A stretch of 64,000 nt of DNA from a virus (lineage: Duplodnaviria; Caudoviricetes). The notes under the pieces were generated by a model, which saw only the letters and a list, made by a program, of their open reading frames with translations, searched no databases and was not told the DNA's origin. This document shows positions 39,526-49,530 of the stretch, in pieces. A program made the position numbers and the translations under genes. Position 1 is the first letter of the stretch. Each line of letters opens with the position of its first letter. The stretch is from positions 1-64,000 of IMG/VR virus record IMGVR_UViG_3300043726_000004, one strand, 5' to 3'.

Positions 39526-40715
39526 CTCAACCACCACCACAGAACCAGCCGGCTCCACAAGGAGCTAACGGTGCAGGCCCCCAACCATCAGTACCGGCCA
39601 AACCAGACCCTTCACGTCCACTACCATCAACGACACCGAACGGCGGCGGTAATCAAGCCGCAGCACAAGTGGCACAGGTCAATGCTCAGGCTACTGCAGT
39701 TGCTGCTCAGCAAGCCGCTCCTCAACCACCCGCCTTCAAGATAGTCAAACCAGCACGTGCTGTTCGCTGGTTCAAGGGTCTGTTTTACGGACCATACGGT
39801 GCAGGAAAGACGACTCTTGCTGCCACGGCCGACGATGTGGATGCAATGCGAGACGTCATCTTGGCCGACGTTGAAGCGGGCGACCTCAGCGTCATCAATC
39901 GCGACTTCGACGTCGTGCCAATGTCGGAGTACCGGCAGATTGCGCGTCTGTACGAGTACCTGAGGGCACATGTCAAAGCACGCGACGAGAACAACGTCGC
40001 ACAACTCCGCCGCTGGGAGGCGCATTTCAAGCCAGAGTTCGTCGTACCAGTTGTCGGAGCCCCTCTGCCGTCCCCAGTCGAAGGTGGGCCGCTGGTGGTC
40101 ACCGAACCGTATCTTGCGCAATGGTACGAAGAAACGATTCCTACCCCGAAAAAGTACAGGACTCTGATCGTCGACTCCCTCAGTGAGCTCGACAGACTCC
40201 TGATGTACCAACTGTTGGGCATCAAGATCGGTGCTCAGCGGCTCGATGCGGAAACCCAACAGCCTGAATGGGCTGAATGGGGGAGGAACGCGGAGATGAT
40301 CCGTCTGCTCATTCGTAGCATGCGGGATCTGCCCATGAACGTCATCTTCGTTTGTTCCGCCAATGTTCAGGAGGACGACCGGAAACGTCAGATTTACCGG
40401 CCGAACCTACCAGGTAAACTAGGAGGTGAGTCACAAGGCTTCATGGATTGCGTCGGGTACCTCGTAGCGTACCCAGGTGAGAACGGCGTCCTAGCCAGGC
40501 GGCTGTACATCACGCCGGGTCAGACGTTCGATGCCAAGAACCGATTCGTCGGATTCAATGACACGTACATTCAGGACCCAACGATGGCGAAAATGTGGGA
40601 TCTCGTCATGCGTTACTACAAACCGCCCACGCCGACGTTGAATGCCCCAGCAGGGCAAACAACTAGTCCAGCGGCCACGGCTAACAGTGGCCAGCAAGCA
40701 ACGACAACAACCTAA
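39522..40715 (+). CDS. Sak4-like AAA ATPase/recombinase
   Basis: YGPYGAGKTT, D.E.G, IVDSLSEL, AKNR; lies between the nuclease and SSB. Confidence 0.82.
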   Translation: MTQPPPQNQPAPQGANGAGPQPSVPAKPDPSRPLPSTTPNGGGNQAAAQVAQVNAQATAVAAQQAAPQPPAFKIVKPARAVRWFKGLFYGPYGAGKTTLAATADDVDAMRDVILADVEAGDLSVINRDFDVVPMSEYRQIARLYEYLRAHVKARDENNVAQLRRWEAHFKPEFVVPVVGAPLPSPVEGGPLVVTEPYLAQWYEETIPTPKKYRTLIVDSLSELDRLLMYQLLGIKIGAQRLDAETQQPEWAEWGRNAEMIRLLIRSMRDLPMNVIFVCSANVQEDDRKRQIYRPNLPGKLGGESQGFMDCVGYLVAYPGENGVLARRLYITPGQTFDAKNRFVGFNDTYIQDPTMAKMWDLVMRYYKPPTPTLNAPAGQTTSPAATANSGQQATTTT

Positions 40716-40738
40716 CTGCCGAAAGGCCAACCACAATC

Positions 40739-41245
40739 ATGACGCAAGTTCTTCCTGATGATCCAATGGGCACCGCGAATGCGGTTTACGATCCTGACGA
40801 CGCGGTTGCTGGTGTTGCCGTCGATGACGACGACGCACTCGTTTTCGACCTTGACTCGGTCGACGAGCGAGGTACGTTCGAGCTGATCCCAGCAGGCATC
40901 TACGATGCCACCGTCGACAACGTGGAATACACCCGTTCGTCGAAGGGCAACCCGATGCTGACCTGGCAGTTCGCGATTCAGCACGAAGGCAAGGAGCGCC
41001 GCCTCTGGCACCACACCGTCTTCGTCGAGAATGGTCTGCCGCGTGTGAAGCGCACCCTGTCGCGCATTGCACCCGACATGCCGCTGAATCAGTTCCGACC
41101 GAAGGATCAAGCGACACTCAACAGCCTGATGGGTCGTTCTTGCCGCGTGCGTGTCGGCCAGCGCCCTTACGAAGGCCAGATGCGCAACGAGGTTCGAGAG
41201 GTTCTGCCGCCGACTCAAGAAGCGGCGACTTTCCTCCCGAGCTAG
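40739..41245 (+). CDS. DUF669-like single-stranded DNA-binding protein
   Basis: FELIPAGIY...SSKGNPML.W.F...YEGQMRNEV. Confidence 0.78.
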   Translation: MTQVLPDDPMGTANAVYDPDDAVAGVAVDDDDALVFDLDSVDERGTFELIPAGIYDATVDNVEYTRSSKGNPMLTWQFAIQHEGKERRLWHHTVFVENGLPRVKRTLSRIAPDMPLNQFRPKDQATLNSLMGRSCRVRVGQRPYEGQMRNEVREVLPPTQEAATFLPS

Positions 41246-41611
41246 TCGAGGGTGGGAGGTGCCGGCAAAGAGTCAGTCCTTTCCAAACTCTCCGCGTCGG
41301 CACCTTCCTTTCGGACATGCCAAAGAACAAACCGATAACCATCGAGGTCAACATTGACATAGTTGGCCCCGAACCTAGTAAGCCGAGACGTCAACAACAA
41401 AACCCGCAGCGCACAGCACGTAGGTTGAAACCAGTAGTGAGTGAGAGGTGCCGCAAGTGTGGCACATCCGGAGAGGTCGAGGTCGAGTACTGTAAGTCCT
41501 TGAGCGACGCCTTCGGATTCTGGTTTTCGACCGGCGTGTTCGCAATTGAACACCTACATAAGGGCTGTAGGAGGTGCGGATATAGCTGGTTAGCAGAGGT
41601 AGTACACACAG

Positions 41612-41872
41612 ATGATCGAGACCGAGACTCAAGTCGTCGAGTCGCAGTTCCATTCCTTGCGGGAGTTGGCAGCAGCCTTAGGCCTCCACTATATGACAGT
41701 CCTAGGATGGGCGCGGTCAGGCAAGATTCATACCGTCCGGAACCGGTTCGAGAGAAAGTACCGGATTCCTCACGACGAGTGGATCCGCCTAATGGCCCTG
41801 CCTCTAGAAAAGGAGACAGCGGACGGTCCAGCGGATGGCCTTACCTCAGAACCGTCGGGTACGGCGGCATAA
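41612..41872 (+). CDS. excisionase/MerR-type HTH protein
   Basis: SLRELAAALGLHYMTVLGWARSGKI...YRIP. Confidence 0.7.
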   Translation: MIETETQVVESQFHSLRELAAALGLHYMTVLGWARSGKIHTVRNRFERKYRIPHDEWIRLMALPLEKETADGPADGLTSEPSGTAA

Positions 41873-41887
41873 AGCCGAAAGGAACTA

Positions 41888-42616
41888 ATGGCAAGCAAGG
41901 TTGATGCAGTAGTCATCGTCAGTGGCGGCATGGATTCTGTCGTTCTCGCACACTCAGTGCGTGCAACGGGTGCTAGTGTACAGCTGATCACGTTCAATTA
42001 CGGTCAACGCCACGCAAGGGCTGAAATCGCCCAGGCAATGTGGCAAGCAGACCATCTGAACCTGCCTCACACGGTGGTCGACCTGAGAACGATCAAACCC
42101 TTGCTGGGTGGTTCGTCCTTGACGGACGACAACGTTGAGGTGCCAGAGGGTCACTACGCCGAAGACAACATGAAAGCCACAGTGGTTCCGAACCGCAATG
42201 CGATCATGCTGTCAATCGCGTACGGCGCTGCAGTCGGTATGGGCGCTGAGACCGTCTACGCCGCAGTTCATGCCGGAGATCACGCAATCTACCCGGATTG
42301 CCGGCAAGAGTTCATAGCTGCACTGAACTCAGCCCTTGTACTCGGCAACCAGTGGGCGGATCCGATCCCGCACATCGAAACACCGTTCATTCACAAGTCG
42401 AAGGCCGATATCGTGTCCATCGGTACCGCTATGGATGTCGACTTCTCGCACACGTGGTCGTGTTATGTCGGCGGTTCAATCCACTGCGGCGCGTGCGGAA
42501 CTTGTACGGAGAGGATGGAAGCCTTCCGCATTGCCGGCGTCAAGGATCCAACAGTCTACGACCCTGCAGGCAAGGAGAAGTACCGAGTACTACAGGAGGC
42601 CGGTTCAGTCGCTTGA
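41888..42616 (+). CDS. queC: 7-cyano-7-deazaguanine synthase
   Basis: SGGMDS, YGQRH, VPNRN, YPDCR, TWSCY..G..HCG.CGTC.ER. Confidence 0.96.
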   Translation: MASKVDAVVIVSGGMDSVVLAHSVRATGASVQLITFNYGQRHARAEIAQAMWQADHLNLPHTVVDLRTIKPLLGGSSLTDDNVEVPEGHYAEDNMKATVVPNRNAIMLSIAYGAAVGMGAETVYAAVHAGDHAIYPDCRQEFIAALNSALVLGNQWADPIPHIETPFIHKSKADIVSIGTAMDVDFSHTWSCYVGGSIHCGACGTCTERMEAFRIAGVKDPTVYDPAGKEKYRVLQEAGSVA

Positions 42617-43598
42617 CCAACACGAACAACCAACCATCGCACCCACCACCCTCATCATGGGCATCACGAGTCCCCTTGGCGCTAGCGGACAAAACGCGAG
42701 CGAAATGCGGGACTTGTGGTGAGCTTGGCGTGCCACAGATGCGGATTACTGGTCCGCATTTAGGTGCTTACTGCACAACGTGCGGTGGGCACATCCAGTG
42801 GGTTCAGAAGAAGGGCCCCTGGCGTGCACTCGCCAATGTTCAGGGTATCAATGTCTGAGAGTGAAGAACTAGAGCCACAACAGCCCCTCCCAGAACCAGA
42901 ACCCGCTCGGACCGAAGAGATAACCGTCGCGACAGAAGTCCAAACCGTATCCTACATCAAGGGACAAGTCCAAATCCCAGCCCAACCACAATATGTATCT
43001 CGGCTGGCTGAGCCTCCGGCAAGGGTGCGGTACGTCAAGCCGAGTTGGGTTTTCTGGATCAGGGAATCAAGGGGCGTAACGTATTCGTATGACATACTCG
43101 AATGGGCGTTCCGAGTGGGACTCTTCGCCTTGGGACTCCTTCTTGGATGGCTTATTTGGCACGTGCACTGAGAATATGCCCAACACATCAACACCCGACA
43201 GAGCAACAGCAGCCGCGTTCTCCGCAATGGAAACCCTGCTGGAGAAAGAACGACACGCCACGTCTTGTCAGCAGTGCAAACACGATCCGTCGTGGTGCAA
43301 CACGTCGCAGCAGTACGACAAGAACTTCCTGCGCGACTACAGGACGTGGAAAGCAAACCGAGGTTCAGGAGGCGTAACGATACATGGCGGAGCAGGGGCA
43401 GGAACAATTGGCCACCAACGAGAAGACGCTGCTCGTTAGGATCCGAATGAAGGGAACGACGTCATCGTCAAGAACGAGTTGGGACGACGATGCAACCCGC
43501 AAGGTCATGGATGTGATGCATAACACATCAGCATTCCTGGCCCCATTGGGCTGGACGGCGTCTATTGAAAGCGTCGAGGTCCTACAAGACGACAAATC

Positions 43599-44261
43599 AT
43601 GACCGTCATCACGAAAGAGTTCTGGTTCGAGGCAGCCCATCAGCTGCACTACCATGACGGAAAGTGTGCCCGACTCCACGGGCACTCTTACCGGTGCGAG
43701 GTCGACATTGAGGGCGACATAATCCTGCCTGACGCAATTCTCAACATGGCAGGCACGTTGAATGGTAGGAAGCGTAAGGGCACAGCCCATCCTGACCACA
43801 ACCCGAAGATGGGCTTCGTCATGGACTTTGGCGATGTGTCGGACTTTCTCAAGCGCATCAATGACCAGTTTCTCGACCACTACTTCCTGAACGAGACCCT
43901 TGTTGATTCAGGTTATATTCCGCGGTCTACTGCTGAATTCATTGCGGCGTGGATCTTCGGAATGGTGTACAGGCATTTCACTGAGGATGTGACGAGCGTA
44001 CGCGTGTACGAAACGCGTACGTCGTGTGCCGATGTCGACTTGGAGGACTTCAAGGAACTAGAAGAGGGAGGATACGTTATTGTCCGAACAGCCTTCACAG
44101 ACCGCGACACCGACCCTGGAAAGCTCAAAGCCGGCGGAAGTGGCACTGGCACCAAGCGACGAACATCAGCAACAGCACCACAGGCCGCCAGGCCGGTCAA
44201 CGCTACCAATACTGGAGATATTCGGCCCGACCATTCAAGGCGAAGGACCAGTCGCGGGTAA
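43599..44261 (+). CDS. queD: 6-carboxytetrahydropterin synthase
   Basis: FEAAH.L....GKCARLHGHSY, MDFG, DH.FLN, TAE, VYET. Confidence 0.93.
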   Translation: MTVITKEFWFEAAHQLHYHDGKCARLHGHSYRCEVDIEGDIILPDAILNMAGTLNGRKRKGTAHPDHNPKMGFVMDFGDVSDFLKRINDQFLDHYFLNETLVDSGYIPRSTAEFIAAWIFGMVYRHFTEDVTSVRVYETRTSCADVDLEDFKELEEGGYVIVRTAFTDRDTDPGKLKAGGSGTGTKRRTSATAPQAARPVNATNTGDIRPDHSRRRTSRG

Positions 44262-44886
44262 GCCCTGTCACTTCATCCGACTCGCCATTTGTGACTTCAG
44301 GTGTGAGTGGTGTGACACCAAAGAGTCCTGGACAGCAGAACACGCCACGCCCACTACTCATCCGGATATCGCCGCAAAGGTGGCAGCTCTAGGGCCCACA
44401 CAGCTGATCACCATCACAGGCGGTAACCCTTGCGTTCATCCCAACGTCGGTGAACTCATGAGGACCATTCGGTATATTATGCCGAACGTCGAGTTCAGCG
44501 TTGAGACGCAGGGTTCCGTCTGGCAAGAGTGGGTCACTCGCCTCCGTTACTGCGTCGTGAGCCCGAAGGGACCGAGCAGCGGGCAAATGCCTAAGCTGAA
44601 GATGAACGTCCTCGACAGGTTCATGTTCGAGACCCGCAACCCGTTCCTCAAGGTTGTGGTTTTCGACGAAGAGGACTACAAGTTTGCCCAGTTTATGCAT
44701 GCTAGGTACCGTATGGTTCCGTTCTATGTGTCGTCGGGCACGAACGAGCCTTATACGGGCCTAGTCGACATGAGCGAGCGCTATCGCTGGCTCTGCGAAC
44801 TTGTTGCGCACGACAAGGACATGCAGGACACGACTGTTCTGCCGCAGCTGCACAAACTTGCCTGGGGTAACGAAAAAGGCCGGTGA
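44080..44886 (+). CDS. queE: 7-carboxy-7-deazaguanine synthase (radical SAM)
   Basis: EIFGPTIQGEG, CDFRCEWCDT, TGGNP, VETQG, SPK, LPQLH; GGAGG RBS before the TTG. Confidence 0.95.
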   Translation: MSEQPSQTATPTLESSKPAEVALAPSDEHQQQHHRPPGRSTLPILEIFGPTIQGEGPVAGKPCHFIRLAICDFRCEWCDTKESWTAEHATPTTHPDIAAKVAALGPTQLITITGGNPCVHPNVGELMRTIRYIMPNVEFSVETQGSVWQEWVTRLRYCVVSPKGPSSGQMPKLKMNVLDRFMFETRNPFLKVVVFDEEDYKFAQFMHARYRMVPFYVSSGTNEPYTGLVDMSERYRWLCELVAHDKDMQDTTVLPQLHKLAWGNEKGR

Positions 44887-45087
44887 CGGCATCGATGACC
44901 AAGTGCGAACTGTGCGGTACCGAGATGGACCTGCACAAGACGACGGCCCACGTTGTCAAGTGTAAGACCTGTAACCAGTTCGGCTACATTTGTAGTGCGT
45001 GCAAGAGGAAGCATCCGAAACTGCACAATCATCCGTCACCGCTACGCTTGGTACCGCGCCAGTCCTTATTGGAGTCGGAAGAACACC

Positions 45088-46182
45088 ATGACGCTTGAAC
45101 GAATCGGTAGCCACTGGCTCCATCCGGACCGCATACTCTACAACTGTCCGAGCCTCAGCGTTGAACTGCTGTACGCGAGGGATGCATCACCCGGTTTCGA
45201 TTGGGATGCCGTACGGTCCCGCATCCAAATGTGCAACGATCGCGGTGTTCCAGTGGCTCTAAGGGTCGACTGGCGACCTAGAAGAGTCCTTCCCTCCATG
45301 TATGACGAGAACGGGGTTAGTGACTATGTCCAAGCCGTTCAGGAAGCAGTAGCCGATTATCACCCTCGTTGGCTTATCGCAGGGAACGAGACGAACCTTC
45401 ATTCGGAAACCGACGACGAGGAAATGCAGGCATGGTGGGTTGCTCGTGTTGTTTTTGGCCATGGTACGGACCCGAACGACACAGGCAACGTCTTTCAGTT
45501 TGCACGTACTGCCGATCCTGACGTAATGGTTCTTGCACCTGCTGTCGGCCCGTATTCGCCTGACACTGCCGGAGACACTAACGGCTGTGAGATTCCTGAC
45601 GGTCGGGGGATACTAGCACCGTGGGAATCTTACATGTACGACCTAGCACGTAGTTCGTACAACAACGAATGGCACGTTCCGGAAATTGGTGACGTCAAGT
45701 TCGCCATACACACCTACGGACGTACGGGCGGGGATGGCAGAGCCAACGGGGGCCCGGAGGAGCCGTGGAACGATGTGCGCGAAGGGACATACGGAGCTCA
45801 ATTCGGGTCCCGATGGCTTCAGGATGCACTATTCTATTGCCGTCAAGGTCTGCTCAATTCGGCGTACGGCGTCGATTACTACCCGGGTGGGATCCTCATC
45901 TCAGAGGCTAACACGCTCACAGACGCTATGCCTTGTGACAGTTACCCGAACGGTTGGTGGCAGAATCTCATTCGGTATGTCAACCAATTCCCAAATGTCA
46001 TGGGACTCGCAGCCTTCGTCGATCAAGACCTTGGAGGAATGTGGTCCGACACAGCAATGTCCATCCCAAAGGAACAACTGCGTGTCTGGAATCAAGACCA
46101 CGACTACGCCCTCCAGCAGGGATGGCGAATTGGTGAGCACAGACGGAGGGGACGCAACAACACTATCGAGGCAGGTGAATGA
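45088..46182 (+). CDS. putative clan-A glycoside hydrolase (TIM barrel)
   Basis: IAGNETN (acid/base), AIHTY and ILISEAN (nucleophile) spacing. Confidence 0.55.
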   Translation: MTLERIGSHWLHPDRILYNCPSLSVELLYARDASPGFDWDAVRSRIQMCNDRGVPVALRVDWRPRRVLPSMYDENGVSDYVQAVQEAVADYHPRWLIAGNETNLHSETDDEEMQAWWVARVVFGHGTDPNDTGNVFQFARTADPDVMVLAPAVGPYSPDTAGDTNGCEIPDGRGILAPWESYMYDLARSSYNNEWHVPEIGDVKFAIHTYGRTGGDGRANGGPEEPWNDVREGTYGAQFGSRWLQDALFYCRQGLLNSAYGVDYYPGGILISEANTLTDAMPCDSYPNGWWQNLIRYVNQFPNVMGLAAFVDQDLGGMWSDTAMSIPKEQLRVWNQDHDYALQQGWRIGEHRRRGRNNTIEAGE

Positions 46183-46185
46183 CCG

Positions 46186-46518
46186 GTGAGCTCTGCCAAC
46201 ATCAACATTTACCAGGGAGACGACTATGCCGCTATAGTCTCTCTAACCGACAACGACACTGGTGGCCCCGCGGACCTAACAGGTTATACGGCAACTGCTC
46301 AGATCCGTGACGACTACGCGGATAACGCCCAAACGGTCGTTGCGACGTTCGTCATTCAGATTCAGGGTAGCGACGTTTACCTGACGCTCGCTCACGACGT
46401 TACTGCCCTCTTGAAGGGTAATTACCGTTGGGACCTGCAGCTAGTGGACTCTAGCGGGCAGTACACCACTCCCATATACGGCAAAATCTTTGTGCTGCAG
46501 GAGGTCACCAGACCGTGA
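46186..46518 (+). CDS. virion structural protein (Ig/BppU-N-like)
   Basis: IYQGDD...DLTGYTATAQIR...YRWDLQL...G pattern typical of tail-associated proteins. Confidence 0.65.
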   Translation: MSSANINIYQGDDYAAIVSLTDNDTGGPADLTGYTATAQIRDDYADNAQTVVATFVIQIQGSDVYLTLAHDVTALLKGNYRWDLQLVDSSGQYTTPIYGKIFVLQEVTRP

Positions 46519-47031
46519 TTGCTGGCGTTGATCCACAGATACTAAGGGCCGCACTGACGGTTAGTCCTACGCCTCTACGGGCCAGGCTTCAAACACAACC
46601 GCCGCGGTTAGGCCCTGCGTATATTCGTCAACCCCAAACATTCCGTGCCGGGTTGCAACAGCAGCCGACACCCTTAGCGGCACGCCTACAGAAAACGCCT
46701 GACAGGTTCGATGCGGTACTGAATCCTACCGGAACGGGCGGTGGGCCAAGTGTCGATGTCGAACTGAGGCGGTACGTGCAGAAGATCATGGCCGTTCTCG
46801 ATCCGAACGGTCCTCCGTCGCCGAATCCATGACCAACGAACCGAACGAACGAGGAAGTGGGTTCCACTCGCAGATCCCAGTCGCAGGCAGCTTGAGTGCC
46901 AAGATCATCCGTGCCTGTCGAGTACATACTGACTGCTCACTTGAATGTCCCGACCGCGTAGTTGAGGACAAAGGCGAAATAGCCAGTTTCGACAACCGCC
47001 CGTTGATCGATCGACTCAAGGAGAAGCTTCC

Positions 47032-47427
47032 GTGGCATCGCTAGTTCCGAACGTTGGTAAGGCGATCATCAGTGGTCGCATGATTGGTGCTACTCCGACC
47101 CAAGCTGAACCACACTTCATCGGTTGGGGAACTGGTGCAGGTGCCGGTGCTGCAACCTCGACCGACTTGAGCACGCCGGCTGCAGAAGCCCGTGCAAACG
47201 GTGTGTCGTCCCAGTTTACGACTACGGTCACGAACGACACCCACCAAATCGTCGGTACGATCACCGCCACAGGTGCCAAAACCATTACCAACGTCGGCGT
47301 GTTCGACGCAGTTGGTTCAGGCTCGCCCCCGGCTGGTGGCGTCCTGTACGCAATCTTCGACGGTCTGAGCCAGGCTCTCAACTCAGGCGACTCGATCCAG
47401 TTTACCGCCAGGGTGCAGTTCACATAG
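47032..47427 (+). CDS. tail-associated structural protein
   Basis: IGWGTG...ITNVGVFDA...GDSIQFT; G/T/A-rich. Confidence 0.65.
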   Translation: MASLVPNVGKAIISGRMIGATPTQAEPHFIGWGTGAGAGAATSTDLSTPAAEARANGVSSQFTTTVTNDTHQIVGTITATGAKTITNVGVFDAVGSGSPPAGGVLYAIFDGLSQALNSGDSIQFTARVQFT

Positions 47428-47445
47428 CCCGAGGTCGAACCCTCC

Positions 47446-49521
47446 ATGGTAATGCAGGAGGTACTGCCAGGTAACGGCCTGGTTAGTACACTCAATGGCG
47501 CTATAACAGCCGCTGCAACCACACTCGCAATCCAGGCGGCGGACGCGGCGAAATGGCCGAGCTCGGGGCTGTACCGTGCTGTCCTGTTTCAGGATGCCAC
47601 CAATGGGCCGTGGGAGCTTGTTCGTGTTACTGGCGGTCAAGGTACTGCGACTCTAACGGTCACTCGAGCCGTCGAACCTTACAATGGGGTCCAGACGGCC
47701 CTTGCCTGGCCCAGTGGCACCAGCATCTCCGCTATCATCACGCACGATGGCCTAGCGCTCGTCGCCGGGCCGCAGGTTGCCATTCTGGTCTATGAGGCCA
47801 CAGGTGTCACTGGTTCGACAGTAACGTTACCTCAAACACCTCTGTCCGGCGGCATATTGACGGTTGCTGTCAACGGTCAAATCCAGCAGACGCCAAGTGA
47901 CTATACGGTCTCTGGTGCCACGGTCACGTTCGTGGTTCCTCTCTCCGCGGACAGCATCCACATCGAGTACCAGGTCAGTCCGTACAACCCCAGCGTCGTT
48001 GCGTCCCACTACGAAACGACCCTCGGTGTAGGCCAGAACACAATCACGTTACCCGTAGCACCGATTGGCTACCCACTGATCACTCGCGATGGTGTTGCTC
48101 AGTACCAGTCAGCGGGCCACTACTCCTTGTCCGGTGCCGTCATCACATTTGCCGAACCAATAGCCACTGGTGAAGGTGGACGCATTAGCGTCGACTACAC
48201 TGCAGGTGGCATCGCTGCACCGCCTAACGCTTCTACGGTAAACTTCTTCCCTGCTGTTGCTGCCGTCTCTGCGGCACCAAACTCGTTGGTCGCGACTGAT
48301 GCCAACGGTAAACTGCCTGCGTCGGTACTCCCAGCGCAGAACACCGTTTACCACGAAGAATTCTTGCCTGCTGCAGGTATCACGACCGTTACGCTAAGTC
48401 AGACGCCTGCTGTTGTCCTGGACGTGTTTCGTGACGGTGTTGCACAGTCCGTTAGCGATGGGCACTATTCCGTCTCGGGTGCTGTAATCACGTTCACTGA
48501 CGCCTTGGACGGTAGTAGTCGCGTCCTAGTCACTTATGTCATTGGACTTGCCGTTGGCGCTGCAAGCACTGTCGGTGGCTTTGCCGCCTATGCAGGTTCC
48601 TCTGTACCAGTTCCGAATGCGCTCGTCGCTACTGGCTCAGACAGCAAGTACAATAACCGCCTAATCGACGCCTATAGGAACCTGCTGACCAACGGTGGGT
48701 TCGAGTTATGGCAGCGAGGTACGGGTCCGTACACGGCCCACCTTGCATACGGACCTGATCGGTGGCGTATCGCACTCACAGGTACGGATACCTTGTCGGT
48801 AAGCAGAAGTACCACAGCAGACACTGTGTTCGGAAGTCAGTATTCGGCAGCTTGCACATTCGTACTGGGCACAGGTGCCGGTAACACGAACCTCCAACAG
48901 TACTTCACTACTGTCGACAACGCTCAGACGTACAACCGAGCAATGATGTTCTCGGTACGAGTTCAAACGTCTACGCCTAACGCAGTTCGACTAGGTTACT
49001 ACAACGGCTCGGCATGGGTGTACGGTACCCAATATCACACCGGTGACGGCACCTGGCAAACGCTGGTTCTGACTATACCGGCACTCGCGATAACCACGCA
49101 ATACGTCGCAGTCGTGTTCGCTGCGTCTTGTACGGCATACGTCGACAGCGCCATGCTGATTGTTGGAACCACGTATGCGGACTTCTATCCATGGCCGCCG
49201 GCAGTGGACCTTACCATTTGTCAGCGGTACTACGAAGAGGTAGGTCCTGCAAACAGCGGCACCCTCATATTACGTACCGCGAACCCTACGGCTGCCACAT
49301 ACTATGCAGATACGGTTCTACGTTGGGCAGTAAGGAAGCCTGCTTCTCCCACGCTCACTAAGAACGGTACTTGGTCCGCTAATAACTGTACACAGCCGTC
49401 GACGGCGAATCTAAGCGTTGATGGCGCTCGCATGGAAGGCTCCACTGGACCAGCTGCTGGAGACTCCTACGTCTACAATGCCGGTACGGGCTGCAACCTC
49501 GTCGTGGAGGCTAATCCCTAG
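47446..49521 (+). CDS. tail fibre / receptor-binding protein
   Basis: Three (N/D)G..Q....Y..SG..(V/I)TF repeats, then an NLLTNGGFELWQRG CBM-like domain and CQRYY. Confidence 0.8.
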   Translation: MVMQEVLPGNGLVSTLNGAITAAATTLAIQAADAAKWPSSGLYRAVLFQDATNGPWELVRVTGGQGTATLTVTRAVEPYNGVQTALAWPSGTSISAIITHDGLALVAGPQVAILVYEATGVTGSTVTLPQTPLSGGILTVAVNGQIQQTPSDYTVSGATVTFVVPLSADSIHIEYQVSPYNPSVVASHYETTLGVGQNTITLPVAPIGYPLITRDGVAQYQSAGHYSLSGAVITFAEPIATGEGGRISVDYTAGGIAAPPNASTVNFFPAVAAVSAAPNSLVATDANGKLPASVLPAQNTVYHEEFLPAAGITTVTLSQTPAVVLDVFRDGVAQSVSDGHYSVSGAVITFTDALDGSSRVLVTYVIGLAVGAASTVGGFAAYAGSSVPVPNALVATGSDSKYNNRLIDAYRNLLTNGGFELWQRGTGPYTAHLAYGPDRWRIALTGTDTLSVSRSTTADTVFGSQYSAACTFVLGTGAGNTNLQQYFTTVDNAQTYNRAMMFSVRVQTSTPNAVRLGYYNGSAWVYGTQYHTGDGTWQTLVLTIPALAITTQYVAVVFAASCTAYVDSAMLIVGTTYADFYPWPPAVDLTICQRYYEEVGPANSGTLILRTANPTAATYYADTVLRWAVRKPASPTLTKNGTWSANNCTQPSTANLSVDGARMEGSTGPAAGDSYVYNAGTGCNLVVEANP

Positions 49522-49530
49522 CAGACTGTC

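Noticed and set aside
41888-42616. QueC as part of a QatABCD or CBASS-type defence system
   Set aside because: It is a canonical QueC accompanied by queD, queE and folE, so preQ0 synthesis explains it.
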